Assembly: GCA_964016885.1 (NCBI GenBank)
Contig: OZ024741.1
Location: 164,052,001-164,116,000, forward strand
Source: Eledone cirrhosa
Lineage: Eukaryota
Length of the DNA: 64,000 nucleotides
Reading direction: 5' to 3'
Shown here: positions 41,055-55,484 of the stretch, piece after piece
Numbering within the stretch: position 1 is the stretch's first letter
How the letters are laid out: every line of letters begins with the position of its first letter
Made by a program: the position numbers and the translations under genes
The notes under the pieces: model-generated
What the model saw: only the letters and a program-made list of their open reading frames with translations
What the model was told of the DNA's origin: nothing
The model's database searches: none

Positions 41055-44000
41055 TATATGAAAACAAGGAGAAAGAGACGATTATTAGGAAGAAAAAAAG
41101 TTTTTTTTTCCTTTTTTGTTTCTCTCTCTCTTTTTTCTGGGTTAGAAAATGATTAAAACGAAATGTTTTACTTTGTGTGAAGTGTTACGGTATTAGTTGA
41201 TTTATTTACTATTTAACAATGGCATTTATTTATCTATTTATATATTTAATTATTGTCTATTATCGGTGTCAGCATTTTTATGCATTATCAAATGATAGTG
41301 AAATGTATTAGTGTGGTGGCGCACATGTTAAACAGAAGGTGCAGAAAGAATAATGTTATATACAAACAAGGTTTATGAAGTGAAAAGAAAAAAGAAAAAG
41401 GAAAAAAACGTGCATAATGTAGAGCATAAAATGTCAATGTGGAAGAAAAAATAATGTTATTTACAAGCACAGTCATTGAAGTTAAGCAGATCAAAATGTG
41501 TTAATATCGTAAGAGTGCTTAGTTGATCCATGAATCCATGATGGAGCCAAATGGTGGACTGAGGTTTGATATGATTTCCCGTTTTAGAGAGTTAATATGC
41601 AGGGGGAAGCAATTCTTGCTGGATGATATTTAATTTATTTAAGAAAAAGGATTAGGTAGGGTGTGAGGTAGGTAACTCTTGTAAATGTTTGATTGTTTGT
41701 TGCAGTTTTAGATTGGTCCGATTTTGAGAGCATTAAGTAGGGGTTGGAATTTATTAATGAAATATGTTTCCGTATTGGTACGTTGGATGAAAGTAGCGTT
41801 GTCTATGAATTTGTAAATGGGGGAAATTTTAAAGTTTGGATGTTGGTTGTGAGCACAATTGGCGACATGTTCACTAAATGCAATCTTTCTGTATTCCTGT
41901 ATTTTAATTTGTGATTTATGGACGGTCATACGTTGACGGAGGCTGTTTTTTGTCTGTCCTATGTAGTGCTCTTGACAACCTGAGCAGGTCAAAACATAGA
42001 TAAGGTTTTCAGATGCACATGTAAAGTTGTGTTTAACTGTGAAACGCTGTCCTTGTTTAAAATGAAATGTTGAACCTTCTATTAGATTTATGCATATGCC
42101 ACAGTTGGGCCTTCCGCATTTTGTTACTGTAGGGTTCATTGTGAGGGTTTGTTGGATTTTGGCTTGTGTGAGGATGTTTTTTATGGATTTAGGTTGTCTT
42201 TTGCTCTTTATGATGTTGTGTGTTTGGAGGATTTTGTTCATTCTTGGGTCTCTTTTTAGTAAAGGAATGTTCTGGAGGATGGTGTCAAATGCCTCATTGT
42301 TGAGGGGGTTGTGTGTGGAGATGTATGGTAGAGTTTTTTGTTGCGGTTCATTCCTGGGTTTGGGGTGTCTGAGTTCCTGGATGTCTAGTTTTAGGGCACG
42401 TTGGAATCCATTGGTGATTAGGGATGGTGGGTAGTTTCTGCTGAGAAGTGTTTTTTTAATTCTTTTAGTCGTGTGTAACATGTGTATTTATCTGAAACTA
42501 TTGTGCAGATCCTTCTGGCTAGGTTATAAGGAATTGCCATTTTGGTGTGTCTAGGGTGGCACGAGTTGAATGGAAGGTAGTGTTTGGAGTCTGTGGGTTT
42601 GGAGTATATGTCTGGTTCTATTTTGTTGCTTGTTTTCTTGATGAGGATGTCGAGGAAAGGGAGTTGTTCATGGCTGTAATCCATTGTGAATTGTAAGTTT
42701 GTGTTGAGTCCATTCAGAAGGGTTTTAAACTCAAACAGTCTATCTATACTTTCATGCCAGAGGATGAAGCAGTCGTCCAGATATCTCTTCCAGTTCTTTT
42801 CTATGTGTTGGTAGAAGTGGTTGCCGTATTTGTCTAGAACTTTGCGGTAGAGAGTGGTTTCCAAATATCCCATGACAAGGTTGGCGTATGAGGGGGCCAC
42901 TTTCGTGCCCATGGCAGTCCCAGATTTCTGTCTGTATTATTTGGCATTGAATTCGAAGAAATTGTTTTCCAAGATGAATTTGAGTCCCTCCAACACAAAT
43001 TCTTTAGGGATGCACTGTGGAAGTTCACTAGGGATATTTTCCATCCAGAATTGTATTGCCTCTATACCTAGGTTGTGTGGGATATTGGAATATAGATTGA
43101 TGACATCAAAGGTTACTAGTAGGGTATGTTCATTATTGAGTGTTGTTGGGTTGAGCATGTCAAGGTCGTCCCTTATGAAGCTTTTTATGTGTTTTAGGAA
43201 AGGCAGAATATCTAAGAAGTTGCTTAGGCGGTGGGTTTCACATGTGGTGCCTGCTATTATGGGTCTTAATTTAAGGTCATCAGGAGAGGCTATATTGACG
43301 TAAACGTCTGTGACTTGCTTGCAGGCCCTACCTATTACTTCACGTTTGTAAGTCTTTGGGATACCGTAGAAGAGGCTGGTTCTGCTTTTGAAATTGGTGA
43401 TGTAGTTGTATTCCTTGTCTGTAAGGCGTTCTTTGTAAAGGGTTGTTAGGGATTTTAGGTTTCTCATTATTTTCTGTTGTGTGTAGTGTTGGGCCTTTTC
43501 ATAATATGTTTGGTTTTCTAGAGTTGAGAGTACTAGAGTTGTGTAATAATCTGTCTCCATAAGGACTACTGCACTCCCTTTATCTGCCTCTTTGATTGTC
43601 AGGGTTTTGTCGTTTTTTAGACTGTTAAGACCATTCCATTCTTTTTTGCTTAGGTTTGTTTTTTGTTTATGTCTGTGTAGGTGGTGGTATGGGTAATTAG
43701 TAATGTGTTCGCAGAATTGATCGAGGAATTTATTCTTGCTTTTTGGTGGGGTATAGTTGCTTCTATTTCTGGCTATTGAGTTATCCTCATTGTATTTGTC
43801 GTATAGTTATTCGCTGAGTCTTAGTTTTCTACAGAATTCTGCAATATCTTCCTTCATTTCGGGGTAGTTTGGTTGTTGGGGAGTTGGTGTAAATTTTAGA
43901 CCTTTGGAGAGTATGTTGATTTGGTCTATTGTTAATTCTTTAGAGGTTAAATTGACAATTTTTATTGCATTTTGTGTCTCCTGTGTGTTTTGTGTTATCT

Positions 44001-45509
44001 TGTTATCCTGTGTCTATGTGCTGTGTCTAAAGAATGATTACGGAAGTTGTGATGGCTGTTGAAGTGTGGATGTCTCTTATAGTTGTATTGGCCCCTGCTG
44101 TTGTTGTAAGATGGTGTGCAGCTGTGGTGGTTGTTGAGTTTAGGTTGTATCGTGTGTTGTATTGAGCCCTGCTGATGTTGTTGTAGGGTGTGTAGATTTG
44201 ATGGACGTGGTTATAGGGTGTGAAGTTGTGGTGGTTGTTGAAGTTGGGTTGTATCGTGTGGTTGTGTTGAGCACTGCTGTTGTTGTAGTGTGTGTAGACT
44301 TGGTGGTAGTTGTAGTAGGGTTGTCTTGTGTGGTCATATTGAGTCCTGTTGTTGCTGTTATATGTTGTGTAGCTATGGTGGTTGTAGTGGTTAGGGTGTC
44401 TCGTGTGGTTGTATTGTTCCCTGCTGGTGTTGTTGTAGTAGGATGTGGTTAGTGTGGGGGGGGGTAGATTAGGGTTTCCTTATAGCTGGTGTGTGGTTGT
44501 GAGGCCCTGTGTGACATGTGTCGTAGTTGTGTATTTTGGGTTCTATGTTGGAAGTAATGATGGTTGTGGGTTTGTTGTGTGGGGATGTTAGGGGGGTTGT
44601 AAGTGTGGGGGGTTTTATGGTTTCTCCTGGTAAGAGAGAAGTTGTAGTGTCTATCTTGTAGCTGATGTTTCTCTATTACTATATTTGTTTCTTGGGAGTC
44701 CGTGTGGTAGTTATGTGGTGTAGGAGGTAGGGGAGAGGTGATGCCTTCTTTTGTTGGTATGTGGAGAGGTATTGTTTTTTGTTGTTGTTGGTTGTTGTGT
44801 GTTGTTTGGGTCTTGATTGAGTTTTCTTGTTATTATGGTTTTAATGAAGGGGTTCTTGGGTGTGTGTTCTTTTTGGAAAAGTGTTTCATAGTTAGAGAAC
44901 CAGGTTTCGTTTATTTCCCAGTGTTGAAGGGATTTTAATTCTTCCTTATTACAGTCCTCTAACATAATTTTGAAATATTTTCTAGGGTGGTGTCTTTGGT
45001 TATATTGATAATTGCTAGATTAATCTCATCGTCGATTGATTTGATCCTATCTTCATTTGCTTGGGCTCTCAATTTAAGGAGTTCAATTTCGGTTTTTATG
45101 TTATTAAGTGCCATTCTTTCCCTGATGTGTCTTTGTGTCTCTGGTTCGTTTGGGATGGATTTAATTTGTAGTTTGCAGGGGATGATTAATGGGGATGAGT
45201 CAATCCATTTTTCATAGATCTCCGCTTTGTTATTGTTTTGTATCATCTTCCAAAAGGAGAATTTCCTGTTTTTAAGAGATGTGTACCATTGTGGTATTAA
45301 TTTGAAACCGGTAATAGACAATAATTAAATATATAAATAGATAAATGAATGCCATTGTTAAATAATAAATAAATCAACTAATACCTTAACACTTCACACA
45401 AAGTAAAACATTTCGTTTTAATCATTTTCTAACCCAGAAAAAAGAGAGAGAGAAACAAAAAAGGAAAAAAAAATATTTTTCTTCCTAATAATCGTCTCTT
45501 TCTCCCTGT

Positions 45510-45520
<11 letters not shown>
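41055..45520 (-). mobile_element. Near-full-length Penelope-like element (Neptune-like Cys linker) with inverted terminal duplication
   Basis: VNLTS..LSKGLKFTPTP, KEADKG, LRPII, FDVINLY, GTAMG, RYLDD, CGRPNCGIC, LIY..YIGQT; at least one in-frame TAA (42937) and a frameshift (~42480); 45303-45515 is the inverse of 41058-41270; (TA)n flanks. Confidence 0.93.
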
Positions 45521-45559
<39 letters not shown>

Positions 45560-45564
<5 letters not shown>

Positions 45565-45752
45565 TAAAAGGAAAAGAAAATGCTGACAAATTGTTCCCAG
45601 TGAAAAATAGTTTAATTAGGAATAAGTAAAAATTAGTAATAAGTATTGGTTAGTATTCAGTTTTAGTTTTAAGTTTTTACCGGTTGCGCATTTCTAATGC
45701 TTTTCAAAAATAATTTTGAGATATAGCGCCCGTGATGTTTGCTCTAATCTGT
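45560..45752 (-). mobile_element. Solo 3' terminus of PLE family A in (TA)n
   Basis: Inverse of 8030-8222. Confidence 0.85.
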
Positions 45753-45929
45753 ATATATATATATATATAAATTATATCTAATCTGTAATATATATATATA
45801 TATTATATTCGTTTTTTCCCGTTCTTTGCCAGGGAACATTTCCACGAACCAAAGTATCGTCTTCCTGTCTTCCTCCGGTTGCAACGTTTTTGGAAATATT
45901 CACTTCTGCGTTCACAGATTGACTTTGTT

Positions 45930-45980
45930 AGTTTCAGAAGATCCCGTTAAGGGTGAAAGCACCGATTCTTTGCTTAAACT
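45930..45980 (+). ncRNA. Type I HHR fold with U4A core change
   Basis: AGTTT-CAGAAGA-TCCC(gttaa)GGGT-GAAA-GCA(ccgattctt)TGC-TT-AAACT; all three stems pair; ~25 nt before (TA)n. Confidence 0.65.
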
Positions 45981-46000
45981 TTAATCTGTTATTTTAATAA

Positions 46001-46070
<70 letters not shown>

Positions 46071-46074
<4 letters not shown>

Positions 46075-46164
46075 TCCCAAAAAATGTATACATATTTTGA
46101 TTACCTGTACAGACATTATTTATTAGAATGCTTTTGATGTGTGTACATTCTTGAGGACACCCTG
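46071..46164. mobile_element. Tc1/mariner-type MITE remnant
   Basis: Right end gtgtacattcttgaggacaccctg|TA; degenerate left end gatgtcccaaaaaatgtatac. Confidence 0.55.
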
Positions 46165-46683
46165 TATATATTATATATATATGTATGTGTGTGTGAGTGA
46201 GTGTGTGTGTGTGTGTGGCCTAGCATTATCATCTGATCATGTTGCAATAATTTAGCGATTTCATCAGGTGTTAATTGCAGAATTAGTTCCATATGACGTT
46301 AGTTAAAAGAATCGGGTAAAGAACCATGCAGCTCTCGGATGCCGGAGAGCGCATTAACTATTTTGCTTTTGCGCAGTTTGCAATTTGATTAAAGTTAATT
46401 TTTGCCTGGTGACTTTCTAAGTAAACTTGAACTAACTTGTTTATGTTAAAACGGATTTCATTAATTTCTGCATATTATACCTAAATATATACATTTTTAT
46501 TCCTTTCATTCTATTTTAATTCCCACCATATTCCGTCCTTCTGTATGCTTATAAACCTATCTACCCACTCTCTAGTATACATTCTTTTGAAATACATCTT
46601 AACTTAGAAGCAAAGATAGTTCATCAATGCCTTGTGGATGAAATTTGGTAGATGCAAACTGCAGAAGAGTGTAGCTTGTATAC

Positions 46684-46821
<138 letters not shown>

Positions 46822-47976
46822 TTAAGTTTGTGTCTTTTAGTATTAGTATTCCATAAGCTAACGACTCGGCAAAAAGAGATCAATGAAATATGTACCAGAC
46901 TTGAAAAAATAAACATGATTTATTAAATCAAAGTTGTGCTCCAGTATGGCCACTGTCTAATGACTAATACAAATAAAAGACTAAGAGAACCAAAGAATAA
47001 ATTATTTTACAAATTAATTAAGTTAATTATTCTTGACCAAAATGATTGTAAGAAATATAGTCTGTTAGTTCCATCAAATCAATTTCCTATAGCTAAATGT
47101 ATACCAAAGATAGAGAATTCCAGCGTTCTAGGTGACTGAACAATAGTTGGCCACCCACAGGATTAGCTTCCGCGATTTGGAATGGCTATTTTAAATCGCC
47201 TCCCTCGCTAGAGAAATGCTTTCTCTGTTCTGTCCGATGAGACCATGAGGCAAGCAGCATGAGTTTGGGGTTCTGCACGAGAATGTAGGGCGGGAGACTG
47301 ACCGCCTTTCGTCTACTGGTTCATGTTATTACTGTTGGACGCTAAATATACACATAGGTTTAGTGATAAAACTCATTATAAAATTAAAAAATCTCACTTT
47401 ATATTGATTAATAGTCTACAGAAGTTCCAATATTCTTTCACACAATTCCCACTCAGTATTTGATAATTTAGTAACGACACGTCTTCACCTGCTTGCAGAC
47501 ATTACGAGTCTATAGAATTTGTAAAATCTGGAGAATTCTTACCTATAGATTAGGTTCTTTGTCATTGTGTGATTGTTTGTTTGTTTTGAAGGCAGGAGTT
47601 CATACTGTGAAAATATATTTCTTTTATTTTTATTTTACTATTTCTTTTATTTCCAATAATGTTTTTGGCGATATACACAGTTTTGTCAAACCAATACTTC
47701 TATCTTATTTTTCAATACTATACAACAGAAAATCGGAGCCAATTATCATCACCATCATTTCAATATTTAGTCACTGCTAGTCGCCATTTCAGACACGTAC
47801 ACTGTATGTATGTATGTATGTATGTATGTATGTATGTATGTATGTATGTATGTATGTATGTATGTATGTATGTATGTGTATGTATCTATGTATGTATGTA
47901 TATATGTGGGGGGTGCGTGTAGGCGTAGATATATAACATCTATATTTACAGATATATACACATACGTACGCACGCG

Positions 47977-48011
<35 letters not shown>

Positions 48012-48084
48012 GGGGGGGGGGTGTATATATATAATTTCCAAATATCTTAAAATGGTTGTAGATAAAAGGAAATGTATAGAAATA

Positions 48085-48132
<48 letters not shown>

Positions 48133-49699
48133 CCAAATATCTTGAAATGGATAAAAAGAAATTCAGGTAAATACTTGTGTGTGTGCGTATCAGTATTTTT
48201 TATAAATTTCTTTTATCTATTTCAAGATATTTGAAAATTATCTCAATCCTTAGACTATTTCTCATAAAATAATATTGCTCCCTCCAGGAAAATTCTTTTG
48301 GTGATTTTTGTTTCACATTTAATATAATTTAATAGAATTCTGTCTATTATATTCTAACTCTGTTTCAATATCTCCGAATAAGCACACACGGATCTGTACT
48401 AGAGATTCTATTGACACTGCATGGAGCCAGATTTTGGAATATCTTTCAGTATATTACAGACTCTATATTTTTTAATCTCTGAATATAAGATAAACGCGAT
48501 TACGATATGGTGTGAACTAAGATATGTGGTGAAATATATATACTATAATGTACGACTAATTATTTACAATCTCGTTCAATCGTACCATTACTACAGTCCC
48601 CGGACTAATGTTTTCTACCTCCAAATCATGAGCCACGCCTGATGAAGGAACCCCGTCTCAGGAAGGACCCCGCGAGGTGAAATGTTTGATGTAGAGACGC
48701 CCACTGGTTGTTCTCTGCAGCAATAGTTTCGCCATCTTAACTAAGAGACTCACCTGCGATATGCCATCTACCCAAGGTTGTATATTTTGGCCCCAATAAC
48801 TTTTTTTTATGTTTTTCTTCCGTGTTTTTCGTTTTCTACCAGAAATCAAATCGTATCCAATCATACTAGAAGAAATTCATGTGTCTACCCAGAATTGTTT
48901 CCAATTAAAACGACGTGCCTGGCCATCATAAACTTGAAAATGTGTGTTGTATCTGTGCTTTCATATATACTTTGTAGAAATTCTATGATTGATATTTTCA
49001 TTTTATTTGTTTGTTTGTTGCTGATTTTTCAAAACAGATGTGACTTTGAGAGAATGTTCTGCCCTAAGGATGAAAGGTAATGTTGAACTCCGCGGGATTT
49101 AAACTCAGAGCGCAAAGAACCGGAACCAATACCGCAATGCATTCTTCTCAACGTTTTAAAAACTCTGTCAATCCGCTACCTTCATACTAGTGTACAAATT
49201 CATTTTGTTGATTCTTTCCCCCTGCACTTTATTTGTCTGGGTGGTGGTTGGACGGATTTCTCTTTCATAGAATTGTTATACAAATAAAATATTTATTTTC
49301 CGATATCGATGATTCCAGAGCCCTGGTGGATAATCCCACTTTGCCAGGTTATACGATAATTACCTAAAACTATATTACGAAGTCGGAATCACTCCTCTTA
49401 TCCCTTGACTAAAATAATATGAAGGCGTAAATGTTTTAAATTATATTTAATGCCACGCGGTTGCCTCCTAACGTGAATTTACTAGTCTGGCGGGTTGCAG
49501 GAAATTCAAGTGGTTGTCCAGAATGATATCCAATTAAAAAGATATGTCAAGCCATCAGTTGCTGGAATATCGGTGTCGTACCTGTACTTTCATATCCACT
49601 TTGTTGACATTTTACAATTAATATTTTCATTTTATTTGCTTTTCCAGTGTATACTGAGTGGTATTTTCTTGTGGAATTAACATAATCACTCACAGTGTC

Positions 49700-50200
49700 C
49701 TGGGTGCATATTATCGTAGCACCAACACTACCAGATACAGAGTTTACTGCGTAGATTTTATAGTGGCACTAGTACTACCACCTATAGAGAGCACTTGATG
49801 CATTTTATCATGGCACCAGCACTTGGCATCTACCGACTGTACTGGACACATTTTATCGTGGTATAAGTACTACCACGACTGTACTGGGTACATTTTATCG
49901 TCACCAGTACTACCACCAACCGACTGTATTGGATATATTTTATCGTGCCACCAGTACTATCACCAGCCGACAGCACTGGGTACATTTTATCGTGTCACCA
50001 GTACTACCACCAACCAACCTGTACTGGGTACATATCGTGTCAGCAGTATTACCACCAACCGACTGTACTGGGCACATTTTATCGTGTCACCAGTACTACC
50101 ACTAACCGACTGTATTGGGTACATATCGTGTCACCAATACTACCACCAACCGACTGTACTGTGTACATTTTATCGTGTCACCAGCACTTCCATCTATAGT
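49700..50200. repeat. Degenerate ~40-44-bp minisatellite
   Basis: caccagtactaccaccaaccgactgtactgggtacattttatcgtg units; shorter inverted array at 54450-54655. Confidence 0.85.
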
Positions 50201-51025
50201 ATGTACTGTGTACATTCTATCCTGGTAATAACACTACTACTAGAGAGGTCATTGTGATCATGATATTCTTTTGACATGTCACTCAGTCAGTTTTACTAAG
50301 AAAAGTACATAGTTGATTTCAATTATTCCAGTATATTATTAACCCAACCTTTTGTTCCCAACTGCAAAAAATAAATTTTATCCCGCCAAGATTTGAACTT
50401 AAAGATATATTGAATTAGATATATTAAACAAGCTAATTCGTTATTTTACAGAATGTATTATTTGTTCTTTCCCTCCTTTACTTGATATAACACAAGGTAA
50501 CATCTGTTGCTTCATATGATTTTTGAACTACAATTGCAGTTTCTTTCAGTTCTTGTAATACCAAAATATAATATGAAACGAATTTTTTTCCTCTATGTTT
50601 TTCTTTTTCCTGTCCCGAAGTCCTGCCCTAAAGCAATATTCGCTTTCACTATTGCTCTTCTTTTGTTACCTTGAGATAAAAGTAAACCACTTTACTGATT
50701 CCTACAACTAAGGAATCTTTTGATTATTTCACCAGGCTTCCCCATTCAAGAGTGTTCAATTTTTAAAGACGAAAACAACTCAAGTACGGAGACAAGTATT
50801 TTTCCCATGCCATACTAGTAATGCAAATAACATCTTTTGTCTTGTTCTATGACAGTAGTAAAAATAAATTTACACTAATATTCATTTATAATATTTCAGA
50901 ACGAATTAGTATTAATAAAGATTACTGTAATTTTTTCTACCGCTGTTTACCAACAACTGTTTTAAGAAACAATTCCGGGCTTCTGCAAGATAAAGTATCT
51001 TAATAAAATTTAACAAAACAAATAT

Positions 51026-51206
51026 TTGTTTCTACTTTAGGCACAAGGCCAGCAAATACCCAGTTCATTACTGGTACTTTATTTTATCGACCCCGTAAGG
51101 ATGAAAGGCAAAGTCAACCTCGGCGGGATTTGAACTCAGATCATAAAGGGACGTAACTATGCTGGAAAGCATGGCGTCCGACCCTCTACCGATACTGCCA
51201 ATCCAC
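51026..51206 (-). mobile_element. Meta-like SINE
   Basis: Near-identical to 13768-13952. Confidence 0.9.
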
Positions 51207-52199
51207 ATTTTTATATGAATAAATTCTTTTTAATAAAACAGTTTTAGTTTCATTGAATACTTTATTAAAATAAGTTTTGGTAGATTCTTTGCAAAACACA
51301 GTTATGGCTTTCACGGTTTCACGGAAAATTGAATGCTGTGAAATCACTGAAATTATTACTTATTCTTTAATAAATGGAACAACTCAGTACTGCTTCGTTT
51401 CATTTACTTTTATTTTATTCTTTTACTGCCTTCTGTGATTAGACAGCGGCCATGCTGGGGCACTGCCTTTATTTAGTTGATCATATCGATCTCAGTACTT
51501 ATGTTTTGAAGTCTACTTTTATTGACACCGACGTCAGAGGGTAGACACATATACATTATACTAATTTTTTAAAAAAATTATTTTTAATTCCCTGGCGTTT
51601 AGCTTAATAAAAATATAGATGGGAGAACAATAGTCTGACCCAGTTCTAGAATAAAGAGCTTAAAGGAATGACTGGGTGGTGGGGGTATATCTAGAGGCCT
51701 TCTGTATAACATACATTTTATTGTACCCATGTCAACATGCTTAAGGATACCGTCATGCAATCCAGGAAAAAGAAATCACCACCGAGGACCTACCGTACAA
51801 AAAAGAAAAAAAAGGAAAATCATGAACTGACCATAAATATAAGCGCTGCAAAGCAAACACCGAATATGTTAACAACATTGTTGCCAACCACATTCACATA
51901 AGACATGAAGTCGTAGCCAAAGCTATCTAGAGTGTATTACGGAAAGCAAAACTAAAAACAAATAGGGATGATTATATTCAGACTAATATCTCAAAGAATT
52001 ATTGGTGGAACCTAAAAATAAAACCCACGAGTGATGCAATAACTGAAGTCATGCCCTTTAAAGTTTAAAGTTATTCAATTAAAATTCCAGTTGAGGAAAG
52101 CAAGGGACACAATCCTGGAATTTACTCAGAATGGCTGTCAGAATGGGTTATGGACTGGATTCCATTAGGAGGGATGATTTTCCTCATACAGCTTTGACT

Positions 52200-52827
52200 G
52201 AAAGATCGGACTCTGGTGGTTTTGCAAGTTTATGCACTAAACAAAAAGTCCGAATGCAGGTCCTTCCTTGATGAAGTCACTGCAGCATTAGTTAAGACTG
52301 AGTCATATATCCTAATGGGAGACTTCAATGTAGATGTTAGCACTGACCACCTAACATGGAAAGGAATGATTGGAAGGAATGGCGACCCCGATCTAAATAC
52401 GAATGGACTCTCTATTATGAACACCTTCCAGCACAGAGACATCCATAAATATACATGGTCTAAGGGGAATCAGGGATAGAGATCAATAATTAATTTTGTT
52501 ATTGTCTCTGATCTCTTTCTGTCTGTGCTGGATGTTCATGTTAAGAGAGAGGCTGATATCTGTAACTTGAGACTAACTAAAGTCAAGGAAGCTCACAAAA
52601 CTGTCTCTGATCTCCTTGATTTTGTGCTGAGCTATCAACTGATCAAAATAATCGCTTGACAGATTTTACGGGCAAACCCAACCGACAGGAGAACCAGGAG
52701 TAGACCCAAGCAATATGGTTGGGTAACATCCATGAGCTTGGCTGGTCTCGTTTGAGGTCTCTGCTCCCACGACCCTCTCAGGAATAAGTGGGCCAAGAAG
52801 AAGAAGAAGAAGAAGAAGAAGAAGAAG
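52200..52827 (+). pseudogene. Internally deleted RTE-clade LINE (APE fragment plus 3' end with (GAA)n tail)
   Basis: LQVYA, ILMGDFN, IMNTFQHRDIHKYTW; 3' end matches the 3530 and 29190 copies. Confidence 0.8.
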
Positions 52828-55484
52828 ATTTTTTAAAAGCAATGATAGCTGAATTTATAGCAGACCTAATTTGGAATGAGTGTTCTGACGATGAGAGTTC
52901 CAGTTATTTGATCAACGGATCAAGCTGCCCTTGAAATGTATGTACAAATGGCTCAGCATTCCCCAGACACGTGAACGCTTAACGTAAAAGGTGTGCTTTT
53001 TGAATTTTAGATACGGTCTAACCAATTTCATTCATATGGTTTAAATCTATCCTAGGTTATGGCAAATGATATTTATCAAGGATGCCACGTAGTGGGCTCG
53101 AACCTGGGACTTAATAATTGTAAAGCGTACATCTTAGATAATCGGTGTTACTCCGTCCAAAGACCTAAACTATCGTCTCAATATTTTTAGTTTTATTGAA
53201 CTAAAGACATATATTTCAAGCTCGTGTTAGATAAGTAGATTTCAAGCTAGTGTTAGATAAGTAGATTTGTCGATTTTCTGGCTTCTGTATGTAATTAAGT
53301 AACTCAAGAAAAGTTGAACAAATAATATATATTATATTGAAGTAGATACATGTTTAAAACACTGTGTCAACTGAGTTGTTTCTTTCATTAAAGCAGATTG
53401 GCTATAGGATTTGTAAATTACACAGTACTCACTTTTTCCCTAAAATAGTGGTTCCCAAACCTATTTTCTCGGAGAATACGATTTCCCCAAATCTATGAAA
53501 GCCATAGTCGTTAGAGACACTATCTCCACATTTATTTTATTATATCATTCAATGAAACGATAAATGTTTTATAGAGAGAATTTATTCATATAAAAATGAA
53601 ATAATTTCTGTTCTCAAATTTTATTAAAATGTTCCCGAACTTACTAAAGCCCAATTTTTTTCTTAGAATACGTGTCAGGAAAAACTGCCAGGAAAAATTA
53701 CTGTAATTTTCATTCAAGTAAAATACTCATACCAATTCCTTCTGAAAAATTATAAATCAATATTACTGTAAGTTTATTTTTACTACTGTCATAGAACAAG
53801 ACAAAAGATGTTATTTGCATTACTAGTATGGCATGGGGAAAATACTTGTCTCTGTACTTGAGTTGTTTTCGTCTTTAAAAATTGAACACTCTTGAATGGG
53901 GAAGCCTGGTGAAATAATCAAAAGATTCCTTAGTTGTAGGAATCAGTAAAGTGGTTTACTTTTATCTCAAGGTAACAAAAGAAGAGCAATAGTGAAAGCG
54001 AATATTGCTTTAGGGCAGGACTTCGGGACAGGAAAAAGAAAAACATAGAGGAAAAAAATTCGTTTCATATTATATTTTGGTATTACAAGAACTGAAAGAA
54101 ACTGCAATTGTAGTTCAAAAATCATATGAAGCAACAGATGTTACCTTGTGTTACATCAAGTAAAGGAGGGAAAGAACAAATAATACATTCTGTAAAATAA
54201 CGAATTAGCTTGTTTAATATATCTAATTCAATATATCTTTAAGTTCAAATCTTGGCGGGATAAAATTTATCTTTTGCAGTTGGGAACAAAAGGTTGGGTT
54301 AATAATATACTGAAATAATTAAAATCAACTATGTACTTTTCTTAGTAAAACTGACTGAGTGACATGTCAAAAGAATATCATGTTCACAATGACCTCTCTA
54401 GTAGTAGTGTTATTACCAGGATAGAATATCCACAATACATACTATAGATGGAAGTGCTGGTGACACGATAAAATGTACACAGTACAGTCGGTTGGTGGTA
54501 GTATTGGTGACACGATATGTACCCAATACAGTCGGTTAGTGGTAGTACTGGTGACACGATAAAATGTGCCCAGTACAGTCGGTTGGTGCCATAATAAAAT
54601 CAACGCAGTACACTTTGTAGGTGGTAGTGTTGGTGCCACGATAATATGCACCCAAGGAATTCTATACATAATAGTGTTGATGCCACAAGAAAATATCACT
54701 CAGTACACATTGTAAAGTTTTTTGCGTTAATAAGGTCATTCCGTTGTTGAAATCATGCCAAGAGCGTAGCCACATTGGCAGGGAAGGGAGCAACATTTTT
54801 TTTTATTTGCTGCACTGGAAAATAGCACCTATACACAGGGCTGGTGCCAGACTATCTGGCACCCTAGGCAAGGTTAGATTCTGGTGCCCCCACTGCCCCC
54901 AGGAAAATATCAATTTCAAAATTTATAAACAATAGATTTTTGAAAGCATTTTTCAACATTTATTTGTCCCTGCATGAAATAAACCAAGATAAAAAACGAC
55001 CTTCAATAAAACTAAAATTTATTTATTTATTCATTTTTCAAAATTGTTGTTGATTTGGTGAAATGCGCCACCTAAACAACATAAGTACCCAATGTTGTCT
55101 ACGAATTTAAACGAGGGATTGAGAAAGGCTGGAATTCCTATGAACAAAGACTATACCAGATAAAAATGACTGAATTTGTGTTTATAAATTCAGACAATTT
55201 CGCTATCAAATAAAATAACCAACTGCAAACGCCGCATCTTACTTTATGATTGTCTACGATGCGTGCTTCACGCCATTCATATAACCACTCTTCAAATGAC
55301 CAGTGTATTACCACTGTACACTTAAGTTTATTTGTAATACGAAATGAAAATATGAATAAAATCCATGTGGCCCTAATTTCACGCTGGCGACTGGTTGCTA
55401 GAGGAGATAGTGTAACTGAACTCGGCACAAGATCGGCCTAAATCAAACAAATATAAATTTAGGGTTTCCTATATGTGAAATTAC

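Larger units (their letters stand above)
49650..54710. repeat. Large inverted duplication (arms ~49650-51240 and ~53560-54710)
   Basis: 50060-50870 nearly identical to the reverse complement of 53770-54585; flanking arm parts more diverged. Confidence 0.92.

Noticed and set aside
42930-42945. Selenocysteine or readthrough recoding of in-frame stops in the PLE and R4 ORFs
   Set aside because: The stops at 42937, 6426 and 38922 are TAA, not TGA; simple inactivating mutations are more parsimonious
48630-48700. CTGATGA...GAAA motif
   Set aside because: No convincing stem I, II or III pairing
55243-55315. Possible minus-strand exon VVIHWSFEEWLYEWREARIVDNHK with gtaaga donor
   Set aside because: Weak acceptor, no recognisable homology; cannot be supported without transcript data
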